Assembly (NCBI GenBank): GCA_963706785.1
Contig: CAVPNJ010000012.1
Span: 19,253-83,252 of the forward strand
Origin: an uncultured beta proteobacterium
GTDB lineage: Bacteria > Pseudomonadota > Gammaproteobacteria > Burkholderiales > Burkholderiaceae_B
Direction: 5' to 3'
Length of the DNA: 64,000 bases
Below the pieces are notes generated by a model. The model did not search any database. It had not been told where the DNA came from and saw only the letters and a program-made list of their open reading frames with translations. The translations under genes were made by a program, and so were the position numbers. Positions 19,910 through 29,622 of the stretch are shown in pieces (within the stretch, counting starts at the first letter, position 1; the number at the start of each line of letters is the position of its first letter).

Positions 19910-22117
19910 ATGCAAAAGAAAAACATAGAATTCCTCAATATGATGTATTTGCGGGGACCAAATATATGGGCCTATCGCCCCATCATAGAGGCTTTGGTAG
20001 ATATCGGTGAATTAGAAGACTTTCCGTCTAACACCATTCCCGGACTCTACGAGCGCTTGAACGCGTGGTTGCCCTCATTGGTCGAACACCGGTGCAGCGT
20101 CGGCGAGCGAGGTGGCTTCCTGCAGCGCTTGCGCCAGGGAACCTGGCCGGCACATATTCTGGAACATGTCACACTGGAATTGCAAAATCTGGCCGGCATG
20201 CCTGGCGGGCTGGGTCGCGCGCGCGAGACTTCGGTGCGCGGCGTGTATAAAGTTATTGTGCGCGCTTGGCATGAGGAGGTAACCAAGGCTGCGCTTTATG
20301 CGGCGCGTGATCTTGTCATGGCAGCCATACAAGACCGGCCCTACGATGTTCAAGGAGCGATCGATACATTACGCGAACTCGCGGACGACCTGCGTTTGGG
20401 GCCCAGCACCGCATGCATTGTCGATGCCGCGGATGACCGCGATATTCCATGCATCCGTTTAAGCGATGCCAATCTGGTCCAGTTGGGCTATGGCGCACGG
20501 CAGCGCCGCATCTGGACAGCCGAGACCGATCGCACGAGTGCAATCGCCGAGAGCATTTCCAGCGATAAAGATCTGACCAAGAGTTTGCTCCAGGCTTGCG
20601 GCGTACCGGTTCCTGAGGGCCGCTTGGTCGATACCGCGCAAGAAGCTTGGGAAGCCGCTGAGTCGATCGGGCTTCCGGTCGTGGTCAAGCCATGCGATGG
20701 CAATCACGGGCGTGGGGTATTTACCAATCTGACTACGCAGGCGGAAATCGAAACCGCATACACCGTTGCCGTCGATGAAGGCAGTGGCGTCGTCGTCGAG
20801 CGCTTCATTCAGGGCGACGAGCATCGCTTGCTGGTAGTAGGCGACCGGATGGTTGCTGCCGCCCGTGGCGATGCAGCCACGGTCACAGGCGATGGCATTA
20901 GTACCATAGAAGAGTTGATTGAAAGTCAGTTGAATTCCGATCCGCGACGCGGTCGCGATGAAGATCATCCGCTTAATTTCATTCGGCTGGATTCAGCGGC
21001 CTTGCTGGAACTGAAGCGGCAAAACTTTGCACGCGACTCTGTGCCGCCAGCGGGCACGTCGGTGCTCATTCAACGCAATGGCAATGTTTCCATTGACGTA
21101 ACCGATCTGGTGCACCCTTCCGTCGCTGCAACCGTTGCGCTGGCCGCCCGTGTAGTGGGCCTGGACATCGCCGGTGTGGATCTGGTTGCGCAAGATATTT
21201 CCCAGCCGCTGGAAGGTCAGCGGGGGGCCATAGTTGAAGTCAATGCAGGCCCGGGCTTATTGATGCACCTGAAGCCGGCGGCGGGCGAGCCGCGCCCTGT
21301 AGGCAGAGCCATTATCGATCATTTATTTCCCGAAGGCGATTCGGGATATATCCCGATCGTAGGGATAAGCGGCAGCAAAGGAAAGACGACAGTGGCTTGT
21401 CTGGTGGCGCGTTTACTGCAGCTGAATGGTCAATACACAGGTCTGGCATGCAGTTCGGGTCTCTTCTTCGCCCGTCGACACGTTCAGAAAACCGACGCCG
21501 CAAACTGGGCGGCCGGACGCCGCGTGCTGCTCAATCGCGCCGTGCATGCAGCCGTCATTGAAAACGGACCTCGCAGTATTTTGTGCGAAGGCATGGCCTA
21601 CGAGCGGTGCAAGGTAGGTGTCATCACAAATCTAGACCCGGCCGAATCCTTTCCTGACCTGTATGTGAATGATATTGAACAGGTGGCCAAAGTATTCCGG
21701 ACTCAGGTCGATGTTGTGTTGCCCGATGGTGTGGCGGTGTTGAACGCCGACGACTTGACGGTAGCGGCAATGGCCTCTTTGTGCGACGGAGAAGTAATCT
21801 TCTTCGGCATGAACGCAGCGTCCGCAGTCATTTCGCAGCACCTCGAAGAAGGCGGCCGCGCCGTCTTTTTGCGCCACGAAAGCGTCTTGCTCGCTTCGGG
21901 CAGCGATGAAGTGGTCTTGACCGACATAGCTTCGATCCCCATGACCGAGGGCGGTCAGATCAGTTTCCAAATTGGCAACGTACTGGCCGCTGTCGCCGCT
22001 GCATGGGCCTTAGACATCAATCCCGATTTAATTCGTGCAGGCATAGAAACCTTTGATGTGAATCTGGTGGATTCAGTATCGGAAATCGCGGCTTCCTCCG
22101 TGGAAGCGTTGATCTGA
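19910..22117 (+). CDS. cphA': cyanophycin synthetase paralogue lacking the C-terminal Mur-ligase subdomain (CphA'-type)
   Basis: 735 aa from ATG 19910 (MQKKNIEFLNMMYLRGPNIW aligns with the start of the next gene). It has an N domain, an ATP-grasp G domain (VVVKPCDGNHGRGV...VEVNAGPGLLMH) and an M-domain P-loop GISGSKGKTT. It ends right after the central Mur domain, with no DYGHNP-type C-terminal part. Confidence 0.85.
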   Translation: MQKKNIEFLNMMYLRGPNIWAYRPIIEALVDIGELEDFPSNTIPGLYERLNAWLPSLVEHRCSVGERGGFLQRLRQGTWPAHILEHVTLELQNLAGMPGGLGRARETSVRGVYKVIVRAWHEEVTKAALYAARDLVMAAIQDRPYDVQGAIDTLRELADDLRLGPSTACIVDAADDRDIPCIRLSDANLVQLGYGARQRRIWTAETDRTSAIAESISSDKDLTKSLLQACGVPVPEGRLVDTAQEAWEAAESIGLPVVVKPCDGNHGRGVFTNLTTQAEIETAYTVAVDEGSGVVVERFIQGDEHRLLVVGDRMVAAARGDAATVTGDGISTIEELIESQLNSDPRRGRDEDHPLNFIRLDSAALLELKRQNFARDSVPPAGTSVLIQRNGNVSIDVTDLVHPSVAATVALAARVVGLDIAGVDLVAQDISQPLEGQRGAIVEVNAGPGLLMHLKPAAGEPRPVGRAIIDHLFPEGDSGYIPIVGISGSKGKTTVACLVARLLQLNGQYTGLACSSGLFFARRHVQKTDAANWAAGRRVLLNRAVHAAVIENGPRSILCEGMAYERCKVGVITNLDPAESFPDLYVNDIEQVAKVFRTQVDVVLPDGVAVLNADDLTVAAMASLCDGEVIFFGMNAASAVISQHLEEGGRAVFLRHESVLLASGSDEVVLTDIASIPMTEGGQISFQIGNVLAAVAAAWALDINPDLIRAGIETFDVNLVDSVSEIAASSVEALI

Positions 22118-22189
22118 AGCCTACGGGCGGCTATCAATAACATCAACATGGCCCTCGCGGCATTTGTGGCAATAAGGAAGTTTGGCTAA

Positions 22190-24769
22190 ATGGAAGTTTC
22201 TCGCGTAAGGGCCTTGCGCGGCCCGAATCTCTGGTGCCGTCAAACGGTCATAGAAGCCATCGTGGCTTGCGACGAGGCCGAGCGGGTTATCGGCGATATG
22301 GAGGCATTTGAGACCCGGATGCGCGCTCGCTTTTCGGATATCGATCTGCTGAAACCTCCCGGCCAGGAGCAGCCGAACTCAATGGCCCATGCTTTGGCGT
22401 CGGCGGCGTTGTGTCTGCAGACGAAAGTTGGATGTTTGTTGACCTACAGCCGGACTTCATTGACGATAGATCCAGGCGTATACCAGGTAGTTATTGAATA
22501 TAGTGAAGAAGCCGTGGGCCGGTTGGCATTCGATCTGGCTTACGAGCTATGCCTGGCCGCCATGCACGATCGGCCTTTTGATGTGCAGAGCGCGCTGTCG
22601 CGGCTGCGAGAGCTCAACGAAGACGAGCGTCTTGGGCCCAGCACAGGCGCGATCGTCGAGGCAGCGGTCAAGCGCGATATTCCGTATCGCCGACTAACGC
22701 GGGGCAGTTTGGTGCAGTTCGGGTGGGGCAGCAAACAGCGCCGCATTCAGGCCGCTGAATCCGATCGTAGCAGTGCGATTGCCGAGGCAATTGCCCAAGA
22801 TAAAGAACTTACCAAGACCCTTTTAGCGGCGGCTGGCGTTCCGGTTCCGGATGGGCGCTGTGTCAGCGACGCCGAGGATGCATGGACGGTCGCCTGCGAA
22901 ATAGGCGGGCCTGTAGTGGTTAAGCCGCGCGATGGTAACCAGGGCAAGGGGGTGGCAGTCAACGTGCAGGGTCGTGAACAGGTACTAGCGGCTTACGCAG
23001 GAGCAAGGGCCAACGGTCTCGATGTCATCGTTGAACGATATTTTCCTGGCCACGACTTCCGTTTGCTCGTCGTCGGCGACAAGCTCGTGGCGGCGGCGCG
23101 TCGCGATCCACCGCAAGTTATTGGCGATGGCGACCACAGCATTGCGGAGCTTGTCGAGATTATCAATAAAGACCCCCTGCGCGGGGAGGGCCACGGTACG
23201 TCTTTAACCAAAATCCGTCTGGACGATATTGCCTTGTCCACAATGGCCACACAGGGATATGCCGCTGATTCCATTCCTGACAAGGGCGTGCTGGTGACCT
23301 TACGGAATAACGCGAACCTGAGCACGGGAGGTACAGCCACCGACGTAACTGATCATGTGCATCCGGAATTGGCGGCTGGAGCGGTGGCGGCCGCGCAAAT
23401 GGTCGGCCTCGATATCTGCGGTTTGGATCTGGTAAGCGATAACGTTTACCAGCCGCTTGACGAGCAAGGTGGCTGCGTTGTCGAGGTCAATGCAGCGCCT
23501 GGCCTGCGCATGCACCTAAGCCCATCGTTCGGCAAAGGTCGCGAGGTGGGCGAAGCGATCATCAACGAGATGTTTGCTGAAAACGAAAACGGCCGGATTC
23601 CCTTGGTGTCCGTCGCCGGTACGAACGGCAAAACCACGACTGTCCGCCTGATTGCCCATCTGATTGGCAGCAGTGGCCGGCGCGTAGGGATGACTAACTC
23701 CGACGGTGTCTACATCGGTTCACAACGAATCGATACCGGCGACTGCAGTGGTCCTCGCAGTGCGCGTAATGTGCTCCTGCATCCTGACGTTGACGCCGCG
23801 GTATTTGAAACAGCTCGTGGCGGAATTCTGCGCGAAGGCCTTGGTTTCGACCGCTGCGCAGTGGCCGTCGTAACGAATGTGGGCATGGGCGACCACCTGG
23901 GCCTCAGCTACATCAGCACAGTCGAAGACTTGGCAATCGTCAAGCGCGTCATCGTGCAGAACGTCGATGCTTCTGGCGTGGCTGTATTGAATGCCGCTGA
24001 TCCGATTGTTGCTGCCATGGCCGACAACTGTCCCGGCGCAGTGACTTTTTTTGCCAACGACCGCAATCATCCGATATTGGCCACCCATCGGGCTCAGGGT
24101 CGGCGCGTGGTGTATGTCGAAGACGGCTCGGTTGTGCTGGCAGAAGGTGATTTTGAACGCCGATTTGATCTTGATGCCATCCCTCTTACCCGAAATGGAA
24201 CAATTGGCTTCCAGGTTGAGAATGTCATGGCAGCATTGGGCGCCGTATGGGGTCTGAGCCTCGACTGGGAAAGCATGCAAAAAGGACTGTCGTCATTTGT
24301 CAGCGATGCCGCGACCGCTCCCGGACGCTTCAATGTATTTTCATACCGCGGCGCCACTCTGGTCGCTGACTATGGCCACAATCCAGACGCCATTCAGGCG
24401 CTGGTACTCGCAATCGATACAATGCCTGCGGAGCGGCGCAGTGTCGTGATCAGTGGCGCCGGCGATCGGCGCGATGTAGACATCCGGCGCCAAACTGAAA
24501 TCTTGGGCGACGCCTTTGACGACGTAATTCTTTATCAGGACATGTGTCAACGTGGCCGGGTCGACGGCGAAGTGGTCACACTGCTGCGCGAGGGACTCGT
24601 CAACGCCCAAAGAACTACTCGCATCCAGGAGATTCGCGGTGAGTTCCTAGCGATCGATACGGCACTTGGACAATTGAAGGAAGGGGATCTGTGCTTGATT
24701 CTTGTGGATCAGGTCGAGGAGGCGCTAGGCCATATTGCCCATCGCATTGCTGAAAGTGTAGCCGCTTGA
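22190..24769 (+). CDS. cphA: cyanophycin synthetase, full length
   Basis: 859 aa. MEVSRVRALRGPNLW..., ATP-grasp VVVKPRDGNQGKGV...VEVNAAPGLRMH, Mur-ligase P-loop VAGTNGKTTT, and a C-terminal subdomain with ADYGHNPDA. Confidence 0.93.
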   Translation: MEVSRVRALRGPNLWCRQTVIEAIVACDEAERVIGDMEAFETRMRARFSDIDLLKPPGQEQPNSMAHALASAALCLQTKVGCLLTYSRTSLTIDPGVYQVVIEYSEEAVGRLAFDLAYELCLAAMHDRPFDVQSALSRLRELNEDERLGPSTGAIVEAAVKRDIPYRRLTRGSLVQFGWGSKQRRIQAAESDRSSAIAEAIAQDKELTKTLLAAAGVPVPDGRCVSDAEDAWTVACEIGGPVVVKPRDGNQGKGVAVNVQGREQVLAAYAGARANGLDVIVERYFPGHDFRLLVVGDKLVAAARRDPPQVIGDGDHSIAELVEIINKDPLRGEGHGTSLTKIRLDDIALSTMATQGYAADSIPDKGVLVTLRNNANLSTGGTATDVTDHVHPELAAGAVAAAQMVGLDICGLDLVSDNVYQPLDEQGGCVVEVNAAPGLRMHLSPSFGKGREVGEAIINEMFAENENGRIPLVSVAGTNGKTTTVRLIAHLIGSSGRRVGMTNSDGVYIGSQRIDTGDCSGPRSARNVLLHPDVDAAVFETARGGILREGLGFDRCAVAVVTNVGMGDHLGLSYISTVEDLAIVKRVIVQNVDASGVAVLNAADPIVAAMADNCPGAVTFFANDRNHPILATHRAQGRRVVYVEDGSVVLAEGDFERRFDLDAIPLTRNGTIGFQVENVMAALGAVWGLSLDWESMQKGLSSFVSDAATAPGRFNVFSYRGATLVADYGHNPDAIQALVLAIDTMPAERRSVVISGAGDRRDVDIRRQTEILGDAFDDVILYQDMCQRGRVDGEVVTLLREGLVNAQRTTRIQEIRGEFLAIDTALGQLKEGDLCLILVDQVEEALGHIAHRIAESVAA

Positions 24770-24874
24770 TTTTTCTTTACATATTTCCCATCTGGCGGGT
24801 TGAAATGCCCGCCATCCGCGGGAATAATAAGATGCTAGACGACTCTACACGATTCCAATTCCGGGAGGTTCATC

Positions 24875-25063
24875 ATGCCAGCAAAGTCTCAGGCCCAGCA
24901 AAAGGCAGCCGGTGCGGCGCTGTCGGCTAAGCGCGGGGAAACTAAAGCGGGCCAACTTAAAGGTGCCTCGAAGTCGATGTACAAGTCCATGAGCGAGAAA
25001 GAACTCGATGAGTTGGCTTCCACCAAGCGTAAGGGCAAGCCGGAACATAAATCTGACTCTTAG
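24875..25063 (+). CDS. DUF3008-like small basic protein
   Basis: 62 aa. MPAKSQAQQKAAGAALSAKRGE...SMSEKELDELASTKRKGKPE matches my memory of the DUF3008 family. It is followed by a strong terminator. Confidence 0.7.
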   Translation: MPAKSQAQQKAAGAALSAKRGETKAGQLKGASKSMYKSMSEKELDELASTKRKGKPEHKSDS

Positions 25064-25075
25064 CCACCATATCTA

Positions 25076-25110
25076 CCGGCACATCTCTTTAAGATGTGCC
25101 GGTTTTTTTT
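25076..25110 (+). terminator. rho-independent terminator
   Basis: 11-bp stem CCGGCACATCT/AGATGTGCCGG, loop CTTTA, then T8. Confidence 0.9.
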
Positions 25111-25122
25111 CAAGGGAACACC

Positions 25123-26007
25123 ATGAGCCGTTTGCCCGACACCGATTTTGACAGCCTATTGCCGCCGCTCGCATTGACCCGGCGGGGCTTTATCGTCACT
25201 TCGCTGGCTGGCGGATTCGCTTTGGCTGCCGGGCCCGTGATGGCCCAGACCGCCATCAAAACCGATACAAAAGGATTGGTGGCTGGCGAAGTGAAGATTC
25301 CGGTCGCTGACGGCAGCATTCCGGCCTATCGCGCCATGCCAGAGGGTAAAACCGTCGTCCCCGTCATTCTTGTCGTCCATGAAGCTTTTGGCGTTCACGA
25401 ATATATAAAAGATGTCTGTCGACGGCTTGCCAAAGAGGGCTATATGGCAATTGCGCCCGAACTTTACGCAAGGCAAGGCGATCCGTCGCGATATACCGAA
25501 ATTTCCCGGCTGCTTAGCGAGGTAGTCGACAAAGTTTCCGATGCGCAGGTGCTAGGCGATTTTGACGCGACAGTGTCCTGGGCTGCAAAGAACGGCGGCA
25601 ATACCGAGCGTCTTGGGATTACCGGTTTTTGTTGGGGCGGTCGCCTGGTCTGGCTGTACGACGCTCATAACCCTAAGGTCAAAGCCGCGGTCTCCTGGTA
25701 TGGGCAGTTGGTCGGTAATACCGACCCATTGCACCCAATGCAACCTGTCGATATCGCCACTAAACTGAACGGGCCGGTGCTTGGGCTTTATGGCGGCAGA
25801 GACGCAGGCATTACCCAAGACTCCATCGACGCGATGAAACAAGCCTTGGCTCAAGGCGATGACGTCGCCCAGGCTTCAACCTTTGTGGTGTACCCGGAGG
25901 CTGGGCACGCTTTTCATGCCGACTATCGGCCCAGCTACCGTGCCGATGCCGCAAAAGATGGATGGGCGCGGGCGATGAAATGGTTTCACACCTATCTAAA
26001 GTCGTAG
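25123..26007 (+). CDS. dienelactone hydrolase family protein, Tat-exported
   Basis: 294 aa from ATG 25123. Tat-like signal LTRRGFIVTSLAGGFALAAGPVMA. The motifs ILVVHEAFG, GITGFCWGG (nucleophile elbow with Cys) and GHAFHAD are typical of DLH. Confidence 0.88.
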   Translation: MSRLPDTDFDSLLPPLALTRRGFIVTSLAGGFALAAGPVMAQTAIKTDTKGLVAGEVKIPVADGSIPAYRAMPEGKTVVPVILVVHEAFGVHEYIKDVCRRLAKEGYMAIAPELYARQGDPSRYTEISRLLSEVVDKVSDAQVLGDFDATVSWAAKNGGNTERLGITGFCWGGRLVWLYDAHNPKVKAAVSWYGQLVGNTDPLHPMQPVDIATKLNGPVLGLYGGRDAGITQDSIDAMKQALAQGDDVAQASTFVVYPEAGHAFHADYRPSYRADAAKDGWARAMKWFHTYLKS

Positions 26008-26613
26008 GTAATCGCGGTCAGTGCGAAACCATCCTGTCAGGCTCCATCGTGTTTGAGCGCAAGGTAAGACTTCGTGGTGGATCAGGTCGCTACGAAAGAT
26101 GACAAGTCGGCCGGGTTGCGGCAAAATCCGGCTGATTTCGCGGCCGGCGTCTTCAGGCGAATAGATGCACAGTTGGCCTCCATCTGCGTCGGCCCACTGA
26201 CGATTCAAGTACAACACCAGCGATATGCGTCGATGCGGCTGCGCACGATGCTGGTCAAGGTGCTTCTTGTAGCCCCGGCCCTCGGGATAGCGGGCAAAAT
26301 GAAACTCTGTACTGCTCAGACCCGCGAAAAAGATCCGGTTCAAGTCTTGGCGCAGGGCGTCAGACCAGCGCAGAAATTCGTTTGATGCAGATCCTTCGTG
26401 GCCAGGCGTCAGCCAGCAAATAGAATCGCCCCGAATGTCCGATTTAAGCGATGAGCTATGCTGATGTCCGATACGTGCTTCGTGAAAACCGTCCGCATTC
26501 CATTCTTGCAGACAGTTTTGGTATAGACCTTCGTGCAAGGCTGAATCGATCAGGCCGTCGGCCACCACCCAGTGCTCTCGGGCCAAGGTGTCGAAAAGCT
26601 GTTCATGCACCAT
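25996..26613 (-). CDS. 2OG-Fe(II) oxygenase family protein
   Basis: 205 aa. HxD (KKHLDQH) and a distal His (LIHHEV), plus an RxS-like motif (TRWSLTGWF). Its 3' end overlaps the DLH gene convergently by 12 nt. Confidence 0.75.
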   Translation of the reverse strand: MVHEQLFDTLAREHWVVADGLIDSALHEGLYQNCLQEWNADGFHEARIGHQHSSSLKSDIRGDSICWLTPGHEGSASNEFLRWSDALRQDLNRIFFAGLSSTEFHFARYPEGRGYKKHLDQHRAQPHRRISLVLYLNRQWADADGGQLCIYSPEDAGREISRILPQPGRLVIFRSDLIHHEVLPCAQTRWSLTGWFRTDRDYLRL

Positions 26614-26856
26614 ATGATGCGGCTTGTATAAAGGTGTGCATCTTCTATATGGGGCCCGTGGAAATAGTGTTGCGCGGCCAAAAAGCCAGCATACGAATTA
26701 TATCGGTGTAGCGCTTCTTACCCTAGCCTTACTTAGCTGCGTACCGTGCTTATATTGGTGCATGAATCGGGCGTGCAAGTCTCTATAATGGATGGATACT
26801 GCAGAGGCTGTTGTAGCCGTCGATTCATCCTTTTTCGCAATTACCGAGGCGCGTTC

Positions 26857-28056
26857 ATGTTTGAGCATTTGGAAAAGTACGCTGGCGATCCGATTTTTGG
26901 GCTTAACGAGGCATTTCATCGTGACGTGCACCCGCAAAAAGTCAATCTGACGGTGGGCCTGTATTACGACAATGAAGGTCACATTCCAGTGCTCACTTCC
27001 GTCAAAACGGCAGAACAGCGCCGCGCCGAGAATCCCCAATCACGTCCCTATCTCCCCATGGAAGGGCTGGCTTCATATCGCGAAGCCGTTCAAAAGCTGG
27101 TTTTCGGCGCTTCGCACAAAGTTTTGCAAGACAGAAAGGTAGCCACCATCCAAAGTGTGGGCGGAACCGGTGCACTTAAGGTGGGGGCGGATTTCCTGCA
27201 TCTGGCTTATCCCGACAGCGATGTATGGATTAGTGATCCGGCCTGGGACAATCATCATTCCATTTTCCAAGGTGCCGGCGTCAAGTCGCACAGCTATAGC
27301 TATTACGATCCGCAGACCAAATCGCTGAAGTTCGATCAAATGCTGGCCGAGATCAGCGCACTTTCACCCAATAGCTTTGTCTTGCTACATCCGTGCTGCC
27401 ACAACCCGACGGGCGTCGATCTGTCGCAAGACCAATGGCTTCAACTGATACCCATACTGGCCGAACGGCAGCTTATCCCTTTCCTGGATATGGCGTATCA
27501 GGGCTTCGGCGCCGGCCTGGACGAAGACGCCTTCGCTGTCCGTGCCATGGCCGACGCCGGATTGACCTTCCTGGTGGCAAACTCCTTTTCAAAGAACTTG
27601 TCTTTTTATGGTGAGCGCTGCGGTGGTCTATCGGTGGTCTGTGCCTCCGCGGACGAAGCAGAGGGCGTGCTGGGCCAGCTAAAGGCCGTTGTGCGCCGGA
27701 TCTACTCCAGTCCTCCCATGCACGGAGGGCAAATTACCTCCGATGTACTGAACGATACGCAGCTATGCGCGGTGTGGGAGCAGGAAGTTGCCGATATGCG
27801 TCAACGCATTGCTTTCGTGCGCAAGCAGGCCCACGAACAATTGCGTACCAAAGTTCCCGATTACGACTCCAGCTATTTCGTAAAGCAGTGCGGCATGTTC
27901 ACCTATACGGGACTGTCCAGTGCACAGCTGGTGGCATTGCGTGACAGGCATGGTGTTTACATTATCGATTCGGGACGGATCAGTGTTCCGGGCCTGAATA
28001 CGCGCAACCTCGAATACTTTACCGATGCCATGGCAGACGTACTCAGCCTTAACTAG
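26857..28056 (+). CDS. aromatic-amino-acid/aspartate aminotransferase (AspC/TyrB family)
   Basis: 399 aa. MFEHLEKYAGDPIFGLNEAF...VNLTVGLYYDNEGHIPVL...SFSKNLSFYGERCG (PLP lysine motif). Closely similar in pattern to E. coli TyrB/AspC. Confidence 0.92.
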   Translation: MFEHLEKYAGDPIFGLNEAFHRDVHPQKVNLTVGLYYDNEGHIPVLTSVKTAEQRRAENPQSRPYLPMEGLASYREAVQKLVFGASHKVLQDRKVATIQSVGGTGALKVGADFLHLAYPDSDVWISDPAWDNHHSIFQGAGVKSHSYSYYDPQTKSLKFDQMLAEISALSPNSFVLLHPCCHNPTGVDLSQDQWLQLIPILAERQLIPFLDMAYQGFGAGLDEDAFAVRAMADAGLTFLVANSFSKNLSFYGERCGGLSVVCASADEAEGVLGQLKAVVRRIYSSPPMHGGQITSDVLNDTQLCAVWEQEVADMRQRIAFVRKQAHEQLRTKVPDYDSSYFVKQCGMFTYTGLSSAQLVALRDRHGVYIIDSGRISVPGLNTRNLEYFTDAMADVLSLN

Positions 28057-28309
28057 ATCTTTTTTTTACAAGGTTCAAGATGTTGACCACAGGCGAATGG
28101 ATAGTGTTGGGAATGTTCGGGGCGGGTGTAGTGTGCTCTTTGTCGTTATTTTGGTGGTTGCTGCGTATTGTGCGCCGCGACAAGCACGACGAAGCGTCGT
28201 AAAAAGGCCGCCGGCTGCGGCCCCGCCGATGCATTTCGCTCAATTCTTACCAAACTTGCGGTAATCTTAAGGGTTACCAATTTGTTCTTTACCGGGAATC
28301 TTCAGGAAT

Positions 28310-29506
28310 ATGGACTCGTATAGCCTTCCGTACACTTTTTCGCAGCGCGCACAACAACTTACCAGTTCAACAATCCGAGAGATTCTGAAAGTCACCGAGC
28401 GACCAGAGATCATTTCTTTCGCCGGGGGCTTGCCTGCTCCGAAGGGCTTCCCGATAGACATCATGAAGGCAGCCTTTGACCGAGTCCTGCAAAATAGCGG
28501 TCAATCGGCATTGCAGTATGGACCGACCGAAGGTTATGCGCCGCTACGTAGCTGGGTCGCAGAAGACCTGAAGCGAGTCGGGGCCAACGTATCGCCCGAC
28601 GAAGTGCTTATCGTCTCGGGATCGCAGCAAGCGCTTGATATGCTGGGCAAATTGTTTATTGATCCAGGCAGCAAGGTTTTGGTTGAAGCGCCCAGCTATC
28701 TGGGCGCACTGCAGTCATTTTCTTTGTTTGAGCCTGAATACCTGGCTGTGCCGACTGACGACGGCGGCTTGATCCCCGAGAGCCTTACCGAAGATCGCAC
28801 GGCAGGCGCGCGTTTCATTTATGTGCTGCCTAATTTTCAGAACCCCACCGGATTGACGCTAGACCTCGAACGGCGCAAAGCGCTGGTCGAGCGCTGTGCC
28901 GCGGCCCAATTGCCAATTATTGAAGATGACCCTTACGGCGAATTGCGCTACGCCGGGGAAGCTGAGCCTGGCTTACTGGGCCTGGGCCGTGCGGCCGGTG
29001 CAACGGTAATACGTCTGGGCACGTTCTCCAAAGTATTGGCCCCCGGTTTGCGCCTGGGCTATATCGTCGCGCCGAAACCAATCATTGCGAAGCTGGTCCA
29101 GATCAAGCAGGCTACCGACTTGCATACGTCCACGCTCACGCAGATGGCAGTTTATGAAACCGTCAAAGACGGGTTCCTTACAACGCATTTGCCCATGGTG
29201 CGCGACTTATACAAGGAACAGTGTGGTTTCATGCTCGAGGCTATGGACGAACACTTTCCGGCGACCGCCAGTTGGACGCGCCCCGAAGGCGGAATGTTTA
29301 TCTGGGTGACCCTGCCGGCTCATATCGACGCAAGCGAGCTGCTGACTAGGGCAATACAAAACAACGTCGCCTTTGTGCCGGGCGCACCGTTCTATGCCGG
29401 TTCGGAGCCACAGCTTAATACCTTGCGCCTAAGCTTCGTGACAGTGTCCGAAGCGAAAATCCGCGAGGGGATTGCCATACTGGGCAAGCTGATCAAGGAA
29501 AGTTGA
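28310..29506 (+). CDS. PLP-dependent aminotransferase, class I/II (2-aminoadipate/MocR-catalytic-domain-like)
   Basis: 398 aa. REILKVTERPEIISFAGGLPAP...YGPTEGYAPLR...TFSKVLAPGLRLGY. Confidence 0.85.
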   Translation: MDSYSLPYTFSQRAQQLTSSTIREILKVTERPEIISFAGGLPAPKGFPIDIMKAAFDRVLQNSGQSALQYGPTEGYAPLRSWVAEDLKRVGANVSPDEVLIVSGSQQALDMLGKLFIDPGSKVLVEAPSYLGALQSFSLFEPEYLAVPTDDGGLIPESLTEDRTAGARFIYVLPNFQNPTGLTLDLERRKALVERCAAAQLPIIEDDPYGELRYAGEAEPGLLGLGRAAGATVIRLGTFSKVLAPGLRLGYIVAPKPIIAKLVQIKQATDLHTSTLTQMAVYETVKDGFLTTHLPMVRDLYKEQCGFMLEAMDEHFPATASWTRPEGGMFIWVTLPAHIDASELLTRAIQNNVAFVPGAPFYAGSEPQLNTLRLSFVTVSEAKIREGIAILGKLIKES

Positions 29507-29566
29507 TAACTTTAGAAGCCTGATTGCGGCCGAGCCGCAACTGTAGATTCACGACTAGTCTGCATT

Positions 29567-29597
29567 AAAGGGCTGCGCATGCGCAGCCCTTTATTTT
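29567..29597. terminator. bidirectional terminator between convergent aminotransferase and CoA-transferase genes
   Basis: Perfect 26-nt palindrome AAAGGGCTGCGCA/TGCGCAGCCCTTT followed by ATTTT. A second small hairpin, TTGCGGC-CGA-GCCGCAA, lies at 29524-29540. Confidence 0.8.
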
Positions 29598-29622
29598 GGT
29601 CGTCGAAACTAGAGAGCGGCAC

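Noticed and set aside
24793-24814. Hairpin TGGCGGG-N8-CCCGCCA after cphA as a terminator
   Set aside because: It has only a 7-bp stem and no following T tract, so it is too weak to list as a feature.
24845-25048. 67-aa minus-strand ORF opposite the DUF3008 gene
   Set aside because: The plus-strand product matches a known small-protein family and has its own terminator, so the antisense ORF is probably spurious.
26784-26789. TATAAT hexamer about 70 nt upstream of the AspC/TyrB-family aminotransferase gene, as a possible -10 box
   Set aside because: I found no acceptable -35 element at 16-18 nt spacing, so a single hexamer is not enough to call a promoter.
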